Of a DNA stretch of 64,000 bases, positions 11,061 to 23,030 are shown one piece after another (position 1 is the first letter of the stretch; each line of letters starts with the position of its first letter). Under the pieces are notes generated by a model that did not search any database, was not told the origin of the DNA, and worked only from the letters and a program-made list of their open reading frames with translations. This DNA is from the human T2T-CHM13v2.0 reference genome, Homo sapiens: the NCBI RefSeq assembly GCF_009914755.1, contig NC_060934.1. One strand, written 5' to 3'. The translations under genes and the position numbers were made by a program.

Positions 11061-14000
11061 TTATATATATAGAGAGTGATATATATGTATATCACATGTG
11101 ATATATATATATATATCTCCCACAGTTTATCTACTCATGGATTGATGGGCATTTGGGTTGGTTCCATGATTTTGCTGTTGTGAATTGTGCCACTATAAAC
11201 ATGCATGTGCAAGCATCTTTTTCGAATAATGACTTCTTTTCCTCTGGATAGATATTCAGTAGTGGGATTGCTGGATCAAATGGTAGTTCTACTTTTAGTT
11301 CTTTAGTTCTTTAAGGAATCTCCACACTGTTTCTCATAGTGGCTGTACTAGTTTACATTCCCACCGGCAGTGTAGAAGTGTTCCCTGTTCACTGCATCCA
11401 TGCCAACTATCTACTGTTTTTTTATTTTTTTGATTATGGCCATTTTTGAAGGAGCAAGGTGGTACCGCATTGTGGTTTTGATTTGCATTTCCCTGATCAT
11501 TAGTGATGTTGAGCATTTTCTCATATGTTTGTTGGCCATTTGTATATCTTCTTTTGAGAATTGTCTATTCATGTCCTTAGCCCACTTTTTGATGGGATTG
11601 TTTGCTTTTTTCTTACTGATATATCTGAGTTCGTTGTAGATTCTGGATATTAGTCCTTTGTCAGATGTATAGATTGTGAAGATTTTTTCCCACTCTGTGG
11701 GTTGTCTGTTTACTCTGCTGACTGTTCCTTTTGCTGTGCAAAAGCTCTTTAGTTTAGTTAGGTCCCAGCAATTTATCTTTGTTTTTATTGCATTTGCTTT
11801 TGGGTTCCTGGTCATGAAATCCTTGCCTAAGCCAATGTCTAGAAGGGTTTTTCCAATGTTATTTTCTAGAATTTTTATAGTTTCAGGTTTTAGGTTTAAG
11901 TCCTTAATCCATCTTGAGTTGATTTTCATATAAGGTGAGAGATGAGGATCCAGTTTCATTCTCCTACATGTGGCTAGCCAATTATCCTAGCACCATTTGT
12001 TGAAAAGGGTGTCCTTTCCCCACTTTATGTTTTTGCTTGCTTTGTCGAAGATCAGTTGACTGTAAGTATTTGAATTTATTTCTGGGTTCTCTATTCTGTT
12101 CCATTGGTCTATGTGCCTATTTTTATAACAGTACCATGCTGTTTTGGTGACTATGGCCTTATAATATAGTTTGAAATCAGGTAGTGTGATGCCTCCAGAT
12201 TTGTTCTTTTTGCTTAGTCTTGCTTTGGCTATGCGAGCTCTTTTTTGGTTCTGTATGAATTTTAGAATTGTTTTTTCTAATTCCGTAAAGAATGATGGTG
12301 GTATTTTGATGGGGATTGCATTGAATTTGTAGATTGCTTTTGGCAGTATGGTCATTTTCACAATATTGATTTTACCCATCCATAAGCATGGGATGTGTTT
12401 CATTTGTTTGTGTTGTCTGTGATTTCTTTCAATGGTGTTTTGTAGTTTTCCATGCAGAGGTCTTTTGACTCCTTGGTTAGGTATATTCCTAAGTATTTTA
12501 TTTTTCTTTGCAGCTATTGTAAAAGGGGTTGAGTTCTTGATTTGATGCTGTGCTTGGTCGCTGTTGGTGTATAGAAGAGCTACTGATTTGTGTGCATTAA
12601 CCTTATATCCGGAAACTGCTGAATTATCAGTTCCAGGAGCTTTCTGGAGGAGTTCTTGGGGTTTTCAAGGTAAACGATCACATCGTCAGCAAACAGTGAC
12701 AGTCTGACTTCCTCTTTACTGATTTGGATACCCTTTATTTCTTTCTCTTGTCTGATTGCTCTGGCTAGGGCTTCCAGTACTATGTTGAAGAGGAGTAGTG
12801 AGAGTGGGCATCCTTGTCTTGTTCCAGTTCTCAGGGGGAATGCTGTCAACTTCTCCCCATTCAGTATTATGTTGGCTGTGAGTTTGTCATAGATGGCATT
12901 TATTATATTAAAATATGTCCCTTGCATGCCGATTTTGCTGATAGTTTTAATCACAAAGGGATGCTGGATTTTGTGGAATGCTTTTTGTGCAGCTATTGAG
13001 ATGACCATGTGATTTTTGTTTTTAATTCTGTTTATGTGGTGTATCACATTTATTGACTTGTGTGTGTATGTTAAACCATCCCTGTATCCCTGGTATGAAA
13101 CCCACTTGATCATGTTGGATTATCTTTTTGATATGTTGTTGGATTCAGTTAGCTAGCATTTTGTTAAGGACTTTAGCATCAATGTTCATCAAGGATATCA
13201 GTCTGTAGTTTTCTTCTTTGGTTGTCCTCTCCTGGTTTTGGTGTTAGGGTGATGCTGGCTTCATAAAATGAATTAGGGAGGGTTCCTTCTTTCCCTATCT
13301 TGTAGAATAGTGTCAAAAGGACTGATACCAATTCTTCTTTGAATGTCTTGTAGAATTCTGCTGTGAATCTGTCTGGTCCTGGGCTTTTCTTTGTTGGTAA
13401 TTTTTTACTTACCATTTCAGTCTCACTGCTTGTTATTGGTCTGTTCAGGGTATCTAATTCTTCCTGATTTAAACTAGGAGGGTTGTATTTTTCCAGGAAT
13501 TTATCCATCTCTTCTAGGTTTTCTAGTTTATGTGTCTAAAGGTATTCTTAGTAGCCTTGAATGATCTTTTGTATTTAAATGGTGTCGGTTGTAATATCTC
13601 CTGTTTCATTTCTTAGTGAAGTTATTTGGATTTTCTCTCTTCTTGGTTAATCTTGCTAATGGTCTATCAATTTTATTTATCTTTACAAAGAACCAGTTTT
13701 TTGTTTCATTTATCTTTTGTAATTTTTTTGTTTCAATTTCATTTAGTTCTGCTCAGATCTTGGTTATTTCCTTTCTTCTGCTGAGTTTGGGTTTGGTTTG
13801 TTCTTCTTTCTCTAGTTCCTTAGAATGTCAGTTTGTGCTCTCTCAGTCTTTTGATGTAGGCGTTTAGGGCTACGAACTTTCCTCTTAGCACTGCCCTTGC
13901 TATATCCCAGAGGTTTTGATAGGTTGTGTCATTATTGTCATTCAGTTCAAAGAATTTTTTAATTTCCATGTTGATTTCGTTTTTGACCCAATGCTCACTC

Positions 14001-14765
14001 AGAAACAAGTTATTTAATTTCTGTATATTTGCATGGTTCTGAAGGTTCCTTTTGGAATTGATTTCCAGTTTTATTCTGCTGTGGTCTGAGAGAGTGCTTG
14101 ATATAATTTCAATTTTCTTAAATTTATTAAGGCTCATTTTATGACCTATCATATGGTCCAACTTGGAGAAAGTTCCATGTGCTGTTGAATAGTATGTGTA
14201 TACTGTGGTTGTTGGATGAAATGTTCTGAATATATCTGTTAGGTACACTTCTTCCAAGGTATAGTTTAAATCCATTGTTTCTTTGCTTTCTGTCTTGATG
14301 ACCTGCCTAATGCTGTCAGTGGAGTATTGAAGTCCCCCGCTATTATTGTGTTGCTGTCTATCTCATTTCTTAGGTCTATTAATAATTGTTTATAAATTTG
14401 GGAGCTCCAGTGTTAGGTGCGTATATGTTTAGGATTGTGATATTTTCCTGTTGGACAATACATTTTACCATTATATAACATCCCTCTTTGTCTCTTTTAA
14501 TTGCTGTTGCTTTGAAATTTGTTTTGTCTGGTATAAGAATAGCTACCCCTGCTCATTTTTGGTGTTCATTTGCATGAAATGCCTTTTTCCACCCCTTTAC
14601 TTTAAGTTTATGTGAGTCCTTATGCATTAGGTGAGTCTCCTGAAAGCAACAGATAGTTGGCTGGTGAGTTCTTATCCATTCTGCAGTTCTGTATATTTTA
14701 AACGGAGCATTTAGGCCATTTACATTCAATGTTAGTACTAAAATGTGAGGTACTGTTGCATTCAT
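10880..14765 (-). pseudogene. Disrupted L1 ORF2 (endonuclease / reverse transcriptase / Cys-rich domain)
   Basis: Fragments: EN (LTLNVNGLNAP...CCFQETHL, 14553-14765; [11 protein letters not shown]...SDHS, 13820-14275), [13 protein letters not shown] (13179-13508), RT (GTRQGCPLS...[10 protein letters not shown], 12580-13113), C-terminal parts 11987-12403 and 11411-11959; broken by stops and frameshifts. Confidence 0.93.
11016..11116. repeat. (TA)n microsatellite inside the L1 3' region
   Basis: Pure TA run 11016-11052 followed by degenerate TA/GA. Confidence 0.95.
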
Positions 14766-14859
14766 TGTGTTTTTCGTTGCCTGTGTACTTCGATTTTTTT
14801 TTGTTTTTTGCTTTTTAACACGTATTTTTGTTTTATTGTGATTTATGCTTTAAAGAGGT

Positions 14860-15833
14860 TCTGTTTTGATGCGTTTCCAGAATTTGTTTCAAGATTTAGA
14901 GCTCCTTTTAGCAGTTCTTGTAGTGGTAGCTTGGTAATGGCAAATTCTCTCAGCATTTGTTTGTCTGAAAACGACTGTATCTTTCCTTTATATATGATGC
15001 TGAGTTTCGCCGGATACAAAATTCTTGGCTGATGGTTGTTTCATTTGAGGAGGTAGAAGATAACGCCCCAATCCCTCCTAGCTTGTTGGGTTTCTGCTGA
15101 GAAATCTGCTGTTCATCTGATAGGTTTTCCTTTATAGGTTACCTGGTACTTCTTCTCACAGCTCTTAAGATTCTCTCCTTCATCTTAACTTTGGATAACA
15201 TGATGACAATGTGCCTAGGTGAAGATCTTTTTGCAATGAATTTTCCAGGTGTTCTTTGTGCTTCTTGTATTTGGATGTCTAGGTCTCTAGCAAGGCCAGG
15301 GAAGTTTTCCTTGATTATTCTCCCAAATATGTTTTCCAAACTTTTAGAATTCTCTTCTTCCTCAAGAACACCGACTATTCTTAAGTTTGGTTGTTTAACA
15401 TAAACCCAGACTCCTTGGAGACTTTGTTCATATTTTCTTATTCTTTTTTCTTTGTCTTTGTTGGACTGGGTTAATTCAAAGACCTTGTCTTCAAGCTCTG
15501 AATTTTTTTCTTCTACTCATTGAATTCTATTGCTGAAACTTTCCAGAGCATTTTACATTTCCAAAAGTGTGTCCAAAGTTTCCTGAATTTTTTATTGTTT
15601 TTTCTTTAAGCTATCTGTTTCCTTGAATATTTCTCACTTCACTTCTTGTATCATTTTTTGGATTTCCTTGCATTGGGCTTCTCTTTTCTCCGGTCCCTCC
15701 CTAATTCGCTTAATAACTAACCTCCTGAATTCTTTTTCAGGTAAATCAGGGATTTCTTCTCTTCTTGGTTTGGATCCATTGCTGGTGAGCTAGGGTGATT
15801 TTTGGAGGGTGTTGAAGAACCTTGTTTTGTCAT
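14860..15833 (-). pseudogene. Disrupted L1 ORF1
   Basis: ORF 15139..15339: ENFPGLARDLDIQIQEAQRTPGK...SPRHIVI...KERILRAVR is L1 ORF1p. Confidence 0.88.
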
Positions 15834-17145
15834 ATTACCAGGGTTGGTTTTCTGGTTCCTTCTCTTTTTGGATAGGTTCTGTCAGAGGGAAGGTCTAGGG
15901 CTGAAGGCTGTTGTCCAGATTCTTTTGTCCCACGGGTGTTCCCTTGATGTAGTACTCTCCCCCTTTTCCTGTGGATGTGGCTTACTGTGAGCTGAACTGC
16001 AGTGATTGTTGTTGCTCTTCTGGGTCTAGTCACCCAGTAAGTGGGCCCAGCTCCGGGCTGGTACTGTGAGTTGTCTGCACAGAGTCCTGTGATGTGAACC
16101 ATCCATGGGTCTCTCAGCCATGGATACCAGAGCCTGTTCTGGTGGAAGTAGTGGGGGTGTGCAATGGACTCTGTGAGGGTCCTTAGCTTTGGTGGTTTAA
16201 TGTTCTATTTTTGTGCTGGTTGACCTCCTGCCAGGAGGTGGCGCTTTCCAGAAAGCATCAGCTGTAGTAGTATAGAGAGGGACCAGCAGGGGGTGGGGCC
16301 CTAGAACTCCCAAGATTATATGCCCTTTGTCTTCTGCTACCAGGGTGAGTAGGGAAGGACCATCAGGTGGGGGCGGGGTAGGCATGTCGGAGCTCAGACT
16401 CTCCTTGGGCAGGTCTTGCTGTGGCTGCTGTAGGGGATGGGGGTGAGATTCCCAGGCCACTGGAGTTGTGTACCTAGGAGGATTATGGCTGCCTCTGCTA
16501 AGTCATGCAGGTTGTCAGGGAAGTCGGGGAAAGCTGGCAGTCACAGGCCTCACCCAGCTCCCATGCAAACCGAAGGGCTAGTCTCTCCCACCGCGCCTCC
16601 ACCAATAGCCCCAAGTCTGTTTCCAGGTGGTGGGCGACAGGGGCTTGAAAACTTGCCCCAGGCTACCCAACTCCCAGCAGTGAAAGAAAAGGGCTTGGTT
16701 CTTCCCCCGCCTGTGAAGTCTGCACTCTGGATTTGCACCCTCCTCCAAGTTCTGGCCACGAGGCCTTACAAAGTTCAGCTTGAGAATTCCTTCTTTCTGT
16801 GGAGTTTTGCCCCCTGCTCCTCTGGTCACCCTCCCGATGGATCCCTGTGGTGCCAGCAGAAATGACCTGCTAGGGGACCCAGTGAGCTCCCAGGGCCTTT
16901 CTGCTGCTTCCTCTACCCCTGTATTTCGCTCAGCTCTCTAAATTGGCTCAGCTTCAGGTAAGGTGGGAAACTTTTCCTGCAAACAGACCTTCAGTTTCTC
17001 CAGTGGGGGAGTGTGTTTGGGAGAGGAGGGTTGGGGCACTCACAGTATTTGGGGTGTCTCCTGGGTCCTGCAGGAGCAGTCTGCTTCCTTCAGAGAGTCT
17101 GTAATTTCTCTCAGGATTGCTGGTTTGTCCAGCATACAACTTTTT

Positions 17146-17430
17146 CCTCCTAGTCCAAGATGGGTGCTGGAGCTGCAGCCATTACATCTTTTGAGCAGAA
17201 GGAAGAAGGAGGACATAAAGCATGTCTTCTATTAAAGACAACACATGTTGCACACACCCCTTCGGTTCATATCCCATTGGCCTAAATGTAATCCAATTGT
17301 CAGTTTTTTGTTTGTTGTTTGTTTGTTTGCTTGTTTTTGTTTTCATGACAGGCTTATACCCAGGTAAACTTGGGGGTTCCAGTATGAAGAAAGAAAAGAT
17401 GGGCTTGGTGGGTAATTTGCAGTTTCTTTC
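17146..17430 (-). mobile_element. Old MLT1 LTR, right part (continuation of 10453-10655)
   Basis: GTCCAAGATGGGTGCTGGAGCTGCAGCCATTACATC...CATATCCCATTGGCC. Confidence 0.55.
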
Positions 17431-17599
17431 CCAGAACCTGATGGAGGCCTCACAATTAGGCATGTCATCCAACAGACACACCTAATGGGTCTCTGTTCCT
17501 CTTGGCAGTTGCCTAAGAGGGCCAATGTTCTCTTTCCAAACACTTCCTCTGAAGCACATCCCAGTATTATTCTCCAACACATCATTCTTCCTGTCTCTC

Positions 17600-17700
17600 C
17601 CCATGAAACGCAGAGTCCACAAGGGCAGGGACCTTGTCTGCCTGGCCCTGTTTTGGATTCCCAGCTTCTGAATATCTGCTGCATGAATGAATGAACGAGC
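17600..17700 (+). mobile_element. L2 3' end
   Basis: CCACAAGGGCAGGGACCTTGTCTG...TGCTGCATGAATGAATGAA is an L2 terminus. Confidence 0.55.
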
Positions 17701-18319
17701 CAAGGAGAGACCCTTTGACTCTGTATTATGGTCAATAATAAGTTTGCACAGGTGCTCCTGCTTAGGAAACCACACTTCAAACATTTGCATGCCTATGGCC
17801 TAAGCTGAGACCATTTTGAAGGCATCTGGAAGCCCTTTGCTGAGAGCAGTGTGCAAACATGCAGTGTCCTCCTCATCCCTGCTTTGGCACACACAGTGCC
17901 TGACTGGTAGGGAACTGCTCCATCTTGTCTGCCATGTAAAAAGATGCCAGGTATTCTTATGAGGAAAATGAAACAAGCACAGAAAAGGAATCTGTTTTTA
18001 AAGCTCTTTAACTTTCCCCATGGGGGCCAGTGTCTGTGTCTATACAATATCCCAAGCCCCAGATAAAACATGCAAACCATACTCATCAAGTCAAATAAGT
18101 GGTCTGAAGGTTTTTGTTTTTGCAAACTCACTTAGAGGTCACAGAGACCTGGATAAGGAATGATGTCCAAAGAGTTGCAAACACAAACCATATTTTAAAA
18201 AAGAGAAAAGGAACCTCTGCAAGTTTCTGTAAAAAGTGTCCGTGTCTTGCAAGTAACCAAAAGTTGTGGTATTCCAGCACCGCCAATAGAAAAGTGAGTG
18301 ATTCTCACACACACATGCA

Positions 18320-18660
18320 TGAATAGCTTTAAAAAGTCCAAGAGGAAGATGAATAAGGAAATAAATAAAATGTATGAAAAACAGATATACAAAAGACTAC
18401 AATATATGAAAAACCATTCAAATCCATTAGAAATCAAATTAACTATTTTCAACTTCAAACTGGCAAGCATTTTTAAAATAATACTCAGTGCTGGCAAATA
18501 TGTAGTGAAATGGCCAATTGCACAGCCGACTGCACGCACTGCTAACAGAGTGCACAGTTGCACAGTTTTCTGGAAAGCAGTTTGGAAATGTGCATCCAAA
18601 ACCTCAAAAATGTTCACAGTACCTTTGACTCAGTAGGTTTCTTCTAATAATTTATCCTAA
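18320..18660 (+). mobile_element. Old L1 (L1ME-like) ORF2 3' remnant
   Basis: ORF 18298..18636 ends VFWKAVWK...VPLTQ, resembling L1 LWKTVWR...LPYDP. Confidence 0.65.
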
Positions 18661-18770
18661 AATGCTCATTTATTTATTCAATAAATAATTGATTGCCTGC
18701 TGTATGCCATTTGCTGGGCTAGTTACTAAATATTCATGGAGGAATTAAGAAAACATATTTCCTGCCCCTG

Positions 18771-19316
18771 TGAACTACCATTAGATCCAACAATCCAACT
18801 CCTGGGTATCTACCCAGAGGAAAATAAGTCATTATATGAAAAAGGTACTTACAGACTCATGTTTATAGCAGCACAATTTGCAATTGCAAAAATATGTAAC
18901 CAGCCCAAATGGCCATCAATCAACGAGTGGATGAAGAAAATGTGGTGTATATATATACACCATGGAATACTACTCAGCCATGAAAAGGAATGAAATAATG
19001 GCATTTGCAGCAGGCTGGATGGAATTAGAGACCATGATTCTAAGTGAAGTAACTCAGGAATGGAAAACCAAACATCATATATTCTCACTCGTAAGTGGGA
19101 GCTAAGCTATGAGGATGCAAAGGCATAAGAAGGATACAATGGACGTTGGGGATTTGGGGAAAGGGTAGGAGGTGGGGATAAAAGACTACACACTGGGTAC
19201 AGTGTGCACCGCTCAGGTGATGGGTGCATCAAATCTCAGAAATCACCGCTAAAGGACTTGTTCATGTAACCAAACACCACCTGTTCCCCAAAAACCTATT
19301 AAGATAAAATAAAATG
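18771..19316 (+). mobile_element. 5'-truncated L1PB 3' fragment inserted into an L2
   Basis: ELPLDPTIQLLGIYPEE...MFIAAQFAIAK; 3'UTR GAAATCACCGCTAAAG...CCAAACACCACCTGTTCCCCAAAAACCTATT; an antisense L2 tail at ~18667-18770 resumes after 19400. Confidence 0.88.
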
Positions 19317-19403
19317 AATTATAATATTCAAAGAATTATATGAGGAAACCTATTAAGATAAAATAAAATGAATTATAATATTCAAAGAATTATATGAGGA
19401 AAC
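19292..19403. repeat. Perfect 54-bp tandem duplication
   Basis: AAACCTATTAAGATAAAATAAAATGAATTATAATATTCAAAGAATTATATGAGG at 19292-19345 and 19346-19399, followed by AAAC. Confidence 0.95.
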
Positions 19404-20125
19404 ATACAATAAACAAATAAACAAAGCAACAAATAAATAAGTATAAATTGTGATCATTGCTGAGAAGGGTGTTGTATTAATGTGGTGGAGTAACAGAATG
19501 ACTGGTGATAATGTACGTTTTCTCTGAGAAGGTGATATTTAATCCAAGTTCTAAAAGATGAAGAACTGGCCATGAGAAGAGTATTAGGGTTCCAGGTGCA
19601 AATGCTCTGAATTTGGAAAGCTCTTACAGGGCTCAAGGAGCAAGAGAGAGGTCAGGATGGCTGGGGTAGCAACCAAGGGAGCATGAGATACAGGCGGAGA
19701 GGAGTCGGAGCATGGAAGGGAAGCTGAGATGTCAGTTGGACATTATGCCATAAACAATGGGGAGCATTTGAATGTTCTTGAGCAGGAGAGTAACACAATC
19801 ACAGTTGTACTTTGGGAAGCTCAATCTAGGCATTTTATAAAATGAAAGAAGCAAAGAAAACCAGACTGAAGGCAGGAAGCCTCACTGAGAAGTCATTGCC
19901 ATCCATGGCTGGGAGTCTGTGAGGGACAGATAGAAGGGGAGTTTTGAGGAAGAATCACGTGATTTGGCCATTGATGGCCCTGGGTGGCCAGGAAATGGGA
20001 GGAGCTGGAGATGTCACCACCCGTGCCTGGTAGAATGGTGGGTCAATGAACAGCCAAGGAAACCACAGGATGAGAGGGCTCTGGGGAAAGATGAAGAATC
20101 TCGATTTGAACATCTGAGTTGAAGC
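19400..20125 (-). mobile_element. L2 LINE fragment
   Basis: TCTCTGAGAAGGTGATATTT..., CAATGGGGAGCATTTGAATGTTCTTGAGCAGGAGAG, AGACTGAAGGCAGGAAG, TTTGAACATCTGAGTTGAAG are antisense L2 blocks. Confidence 0.65.
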
Positions 20126-20478
20126 CCACAGCTTCCTTCAGGGACCCTTCCAGGTCACTCCCCAGCGTGGGGCCTTCATCTTCCCTGGACTCACCCACCC
20201 AGGACAAAACTCAGCGTTTCAAAGTTCAACCCCGCAGAAAGACCGAGAATAGAATGGGAAGCCAACTTTCTTTCCTCCCCCACTCCCCATTTCTTTCTGT
20301 TCATGATTCCAGTTAAAAATTCCAAGGTCAAATGTTTCCTCAGGACATTTTTTTTTCTGGTAAAATTTGGAGAACCCTCCTCCCATTCCCCTTTTCCGGT
20401 TCAAGAAAAGCAACTTTAATATGCTTATACCAAGATTTTCTTTTCCTGAGAGACTGCAGAGGCTCTGGAGCCCTCGGT

Positions 20479-20603
20479 GGGGAATCCCAGCTTGACTTAG
20501 CACTTTTCCCAAAGGGTTACATATGTTGGCTGTGCTGTCTCAGAATTAACTCCCTCACTGGCAATGGAAGTCTTTTTATAAAGGACGCTGGCGGGGACTT
20601 TCC
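20479..20603. promoter_or_regulatory. Candidate enhancer motif cluster (two NF-kB sites plus an ARE-like site)
   Basis: GGGGAATCCC 20479-20488, TGACTTAGCA 20493-20502, GGGACTTTCC 20594-20603 in apparently repeat-free DNA; motif evidence only. Confidence 0.35.
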
Positions 20604-21644
20604 TGGAGGGGAATTATTCCTTGAGGCAACAGTGACACCCACGAGGCCTTCCCGTCCACTCAGACATCTCTGGGGAGGGAGTGAGGCTGCCAGGCCCAAC
20701 TGCCTTTTGCTGCTTCTCCTCATGTAAAACGGAGTGTCTAATGCCATGCTCATTTCTCTGGAAATCTTGTGTGGGCCCAGGCAGGCGGTTGTAATGTAGG
20801 CATGGCCACTGCCGAGAATAGAAATGAAGCAATTGTGTCCCGTGGCTGGGCCCACATTAAGCACGCTTCAGAAAACAAACACAGCTCGCTGGGAAGGCCC
20901 ATGCAGGCGACAGCCGCGCAGGCCTCCTGAAGCGTGTTTGCTGCCAGGCCAAGAATTCTAAGGAGCACGGTGCGTTGATTTGGGCCACTTTTGTCATGAA
21001 AACGTTTCGTCACAGAGGAAAATGGTTCTGAATGGACCCACCGCATAACCCAAGTCTAAATCTGCTCGCGGAAGTCCTATTGAAACAGGCAGTATTAGGG
21101 CTGTGCAATAAATCGGTTTGTGAAAATATGATTTCCTGCCAGCTGTTCCGAATAAGGCTCTTGTAAGACGATTGTATAGTCAGGAGGAGAAATGATTCCC
21201 TCTTCCATTTGGAAGTTGTTGGGGTTTTTTTCCCCTGGTGATTTTAAATCTTGCGTGAGGGTGGATGTAAAGTAAGAAATGAGATGTTTACAACATATTG
21301 AGAAACAGGTTTTTAATACTGTAAAACCCTTCTGATCACAAATTCAGGAGACTGTGAGATTTCATTAAACTCCAAAACTCACACCCAAGACTCTCATCCT
21401 TAGCAGTTAAAGGAGCCTGGTGCTAAGGATGCCCGTTTAAAGAAAGGAAATCTTCCCGCTCCAGCTGCCGAGATGGCTGCAAAGTCTTAATAGAATTTCT
21501 TTCCATGGAAGGAACTTCAGGCTTCCCCTGACAGAGGCCCAGCCAGCAGGCGACTTCTCCAGAACCACATAAAAGGAAATTAAAATGTGTTATTTTCTGG
21601 GGAGCACCCTTAAGCGGTGGAAACAGATCTTTGCTTTTTTCTTT

Positions 21645-22010
21645 TGTTTTTAATTATGAAATACTTCAAACAGAGAAAAGTATAGAAAAATAATATAAGA
21701 CTATCCTCCACCAAGGTCAAGCATTTGCCATAGTTGCTTAAAATCAATCTCTCTCTCTCTCTCTCCTAAATGGCTTAAAACCAGCTAAAACCACCCATTT
21801 TTCATGATTTCCCTCTTCCCCAGAAGTAACCCCTGCCCTGAAATGGTGCGGGTCATTCACATCCTGATTTTAGTCTGTTTACAACCCATATATGGCTCCA
21901 TAGCTATATGGACTCTTGTGTGTTTTTAAAAATTCACTTAAATGGTAATCATTCTGTATGTATTAATATCTTCTTGAAACTTATTTTTCCCCTCAAAATT
22001 GTATTTTGGA
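21645..22010 (-). mobile_element. Old L1ME 3'UTR fragment
   Basis: TTTTTAATTATGAAATACTTCAAACA...CCCCAGAAGTAACC...AAATGGTAATCATTCTGTATGTA. Confidence 0.6.
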
Positions 22011-22680
22011 TGAAGAGACACACCATGTTCTTGACTAAAGGAACATAATCCTAAAGATTCCACCTAACTTAATTTACAGATTGAATACAATTGCGATTTT
22101 TAAAATACCACCAGGATTTTTTTCTGGACCTCAGTAAGTTGATTATGAAGTTTATTTGAATGAACAAAAACACAAAGCTAGCCAGGAGAACCTAGAAAAA
22201 GAAGAGCCATATGGGGCCAGCACTACCAGACATTAACACATACTGCAAAGCCTGTAATTAGGAGTTTGGTATTGGCACATGAATAAACAGACAGACCAAT
22301 GAGACCGAGAGTCCAGAAATAGATCCAACTGCATCTGGAAAGTTATTATATCAGAAAGCCAGCTTCACAAATCTGTGTTAGGAGATGATTTCTTTTTAAT
22401 AAGTGGGCTTGAGATAATTGGACAGCCATATGAAAAAAGTCAGCCCTGGAACTCACATCATACGCTGGGGTAAAATCTAAAATGGGTCAGACATTTACAT
22501 ATAAAAACGGAAACCCTCTAGGTGCGAGAGAAAACCATGAGAAAGGTTTATACAACCTGAGTGTGGGGAAAACTTTCTTACCAGAAGCAATAAGGGGAAA
22601 GACTATTACATTTGAGTGCACTCAAAGAAAACCCTTTTGCATGGCAAAACCACCCCAAGCAAAGTAGAAAGATAAACCAT
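22010..22680 (+). mobile_element. Old L1M ORF2 fragment
   Basis: CACTACCAGACATTAA...GGTATTGGCAC...GACAGACCAATG...AGTCCAGAAATAGATCCA correspond to L1 ORF2 LPD..WYW..DQW..PEI. Confidence 0.7.
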
Positions 22681-22789
22681 ACCTGGGTGGAGATCCCTGG
22701 AGCTCCTGTCTCCAGGTGGCATCAGAGAGGGTCTGGGTCACCCCTGGGTCAGTGGGCAGTGGGGTTCACTTTCTAGGCTGGAGGCCATG

Positions 22790-23030
22790 GAAGTTGTCTA
22801 GTTGAGTGCATGGGTCCTGGTGCCTGGTTATCTGCATTGGAATCTGGCTTCCCCACTTTTTAGCCACATGACCTGGGGAAAATTATTTAAGCTCCCTGGA
22901 CATATTTTCCAACCCATAATGAAAAGCTAATACCAGTGCCTAGTCCTAGGGTTGTGAGGAGAAATAAATGAGTTTATCTGCATAAAATGCTTTCAACACT
23001 ACCTGGAACATTCTAGAACTCTATGTTAGC
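22790..23030 (+). mobile_element. MIR
   Basis: TGACCTGGGGAAAATTATTTAA...TAGGGTTGTGAGGAGAAATAAATGAG...CCTGGAACA. Confidence 0.7.

Larger units (their letters stand above)
10667..17129 (-). mobile_element. Near-full-length LINE-1, L1PB1-like, inactive
   Basis: 3' end CCATAAGTTATTGGGGTACAGG...CACCCATCACCCGAGCAGT is L1PB-type; ORF2, ORF1 and 5'UTR are collinear; TSD CAACATAAAACTTTTT (10656-10671) / CAGCATACAACTTTTT (17130-17145). Confidence 0.93.

Noticed and set aside
10667-17129. Active LINE-1 or host genes from the 100-180 aa ORFs
   Set aside because: ORF1 and ORF2 are broken into many fragments by stops and frameshifts, as expected for an old L1PB subfamily.
20586-20610. HIV-LTR-like sequence (CGCTGGCGGGGACTTTCCTGGAGG)
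   Set aside because: Similarity is confined to the kB motif and a few flanking bases, with no retroviral context.
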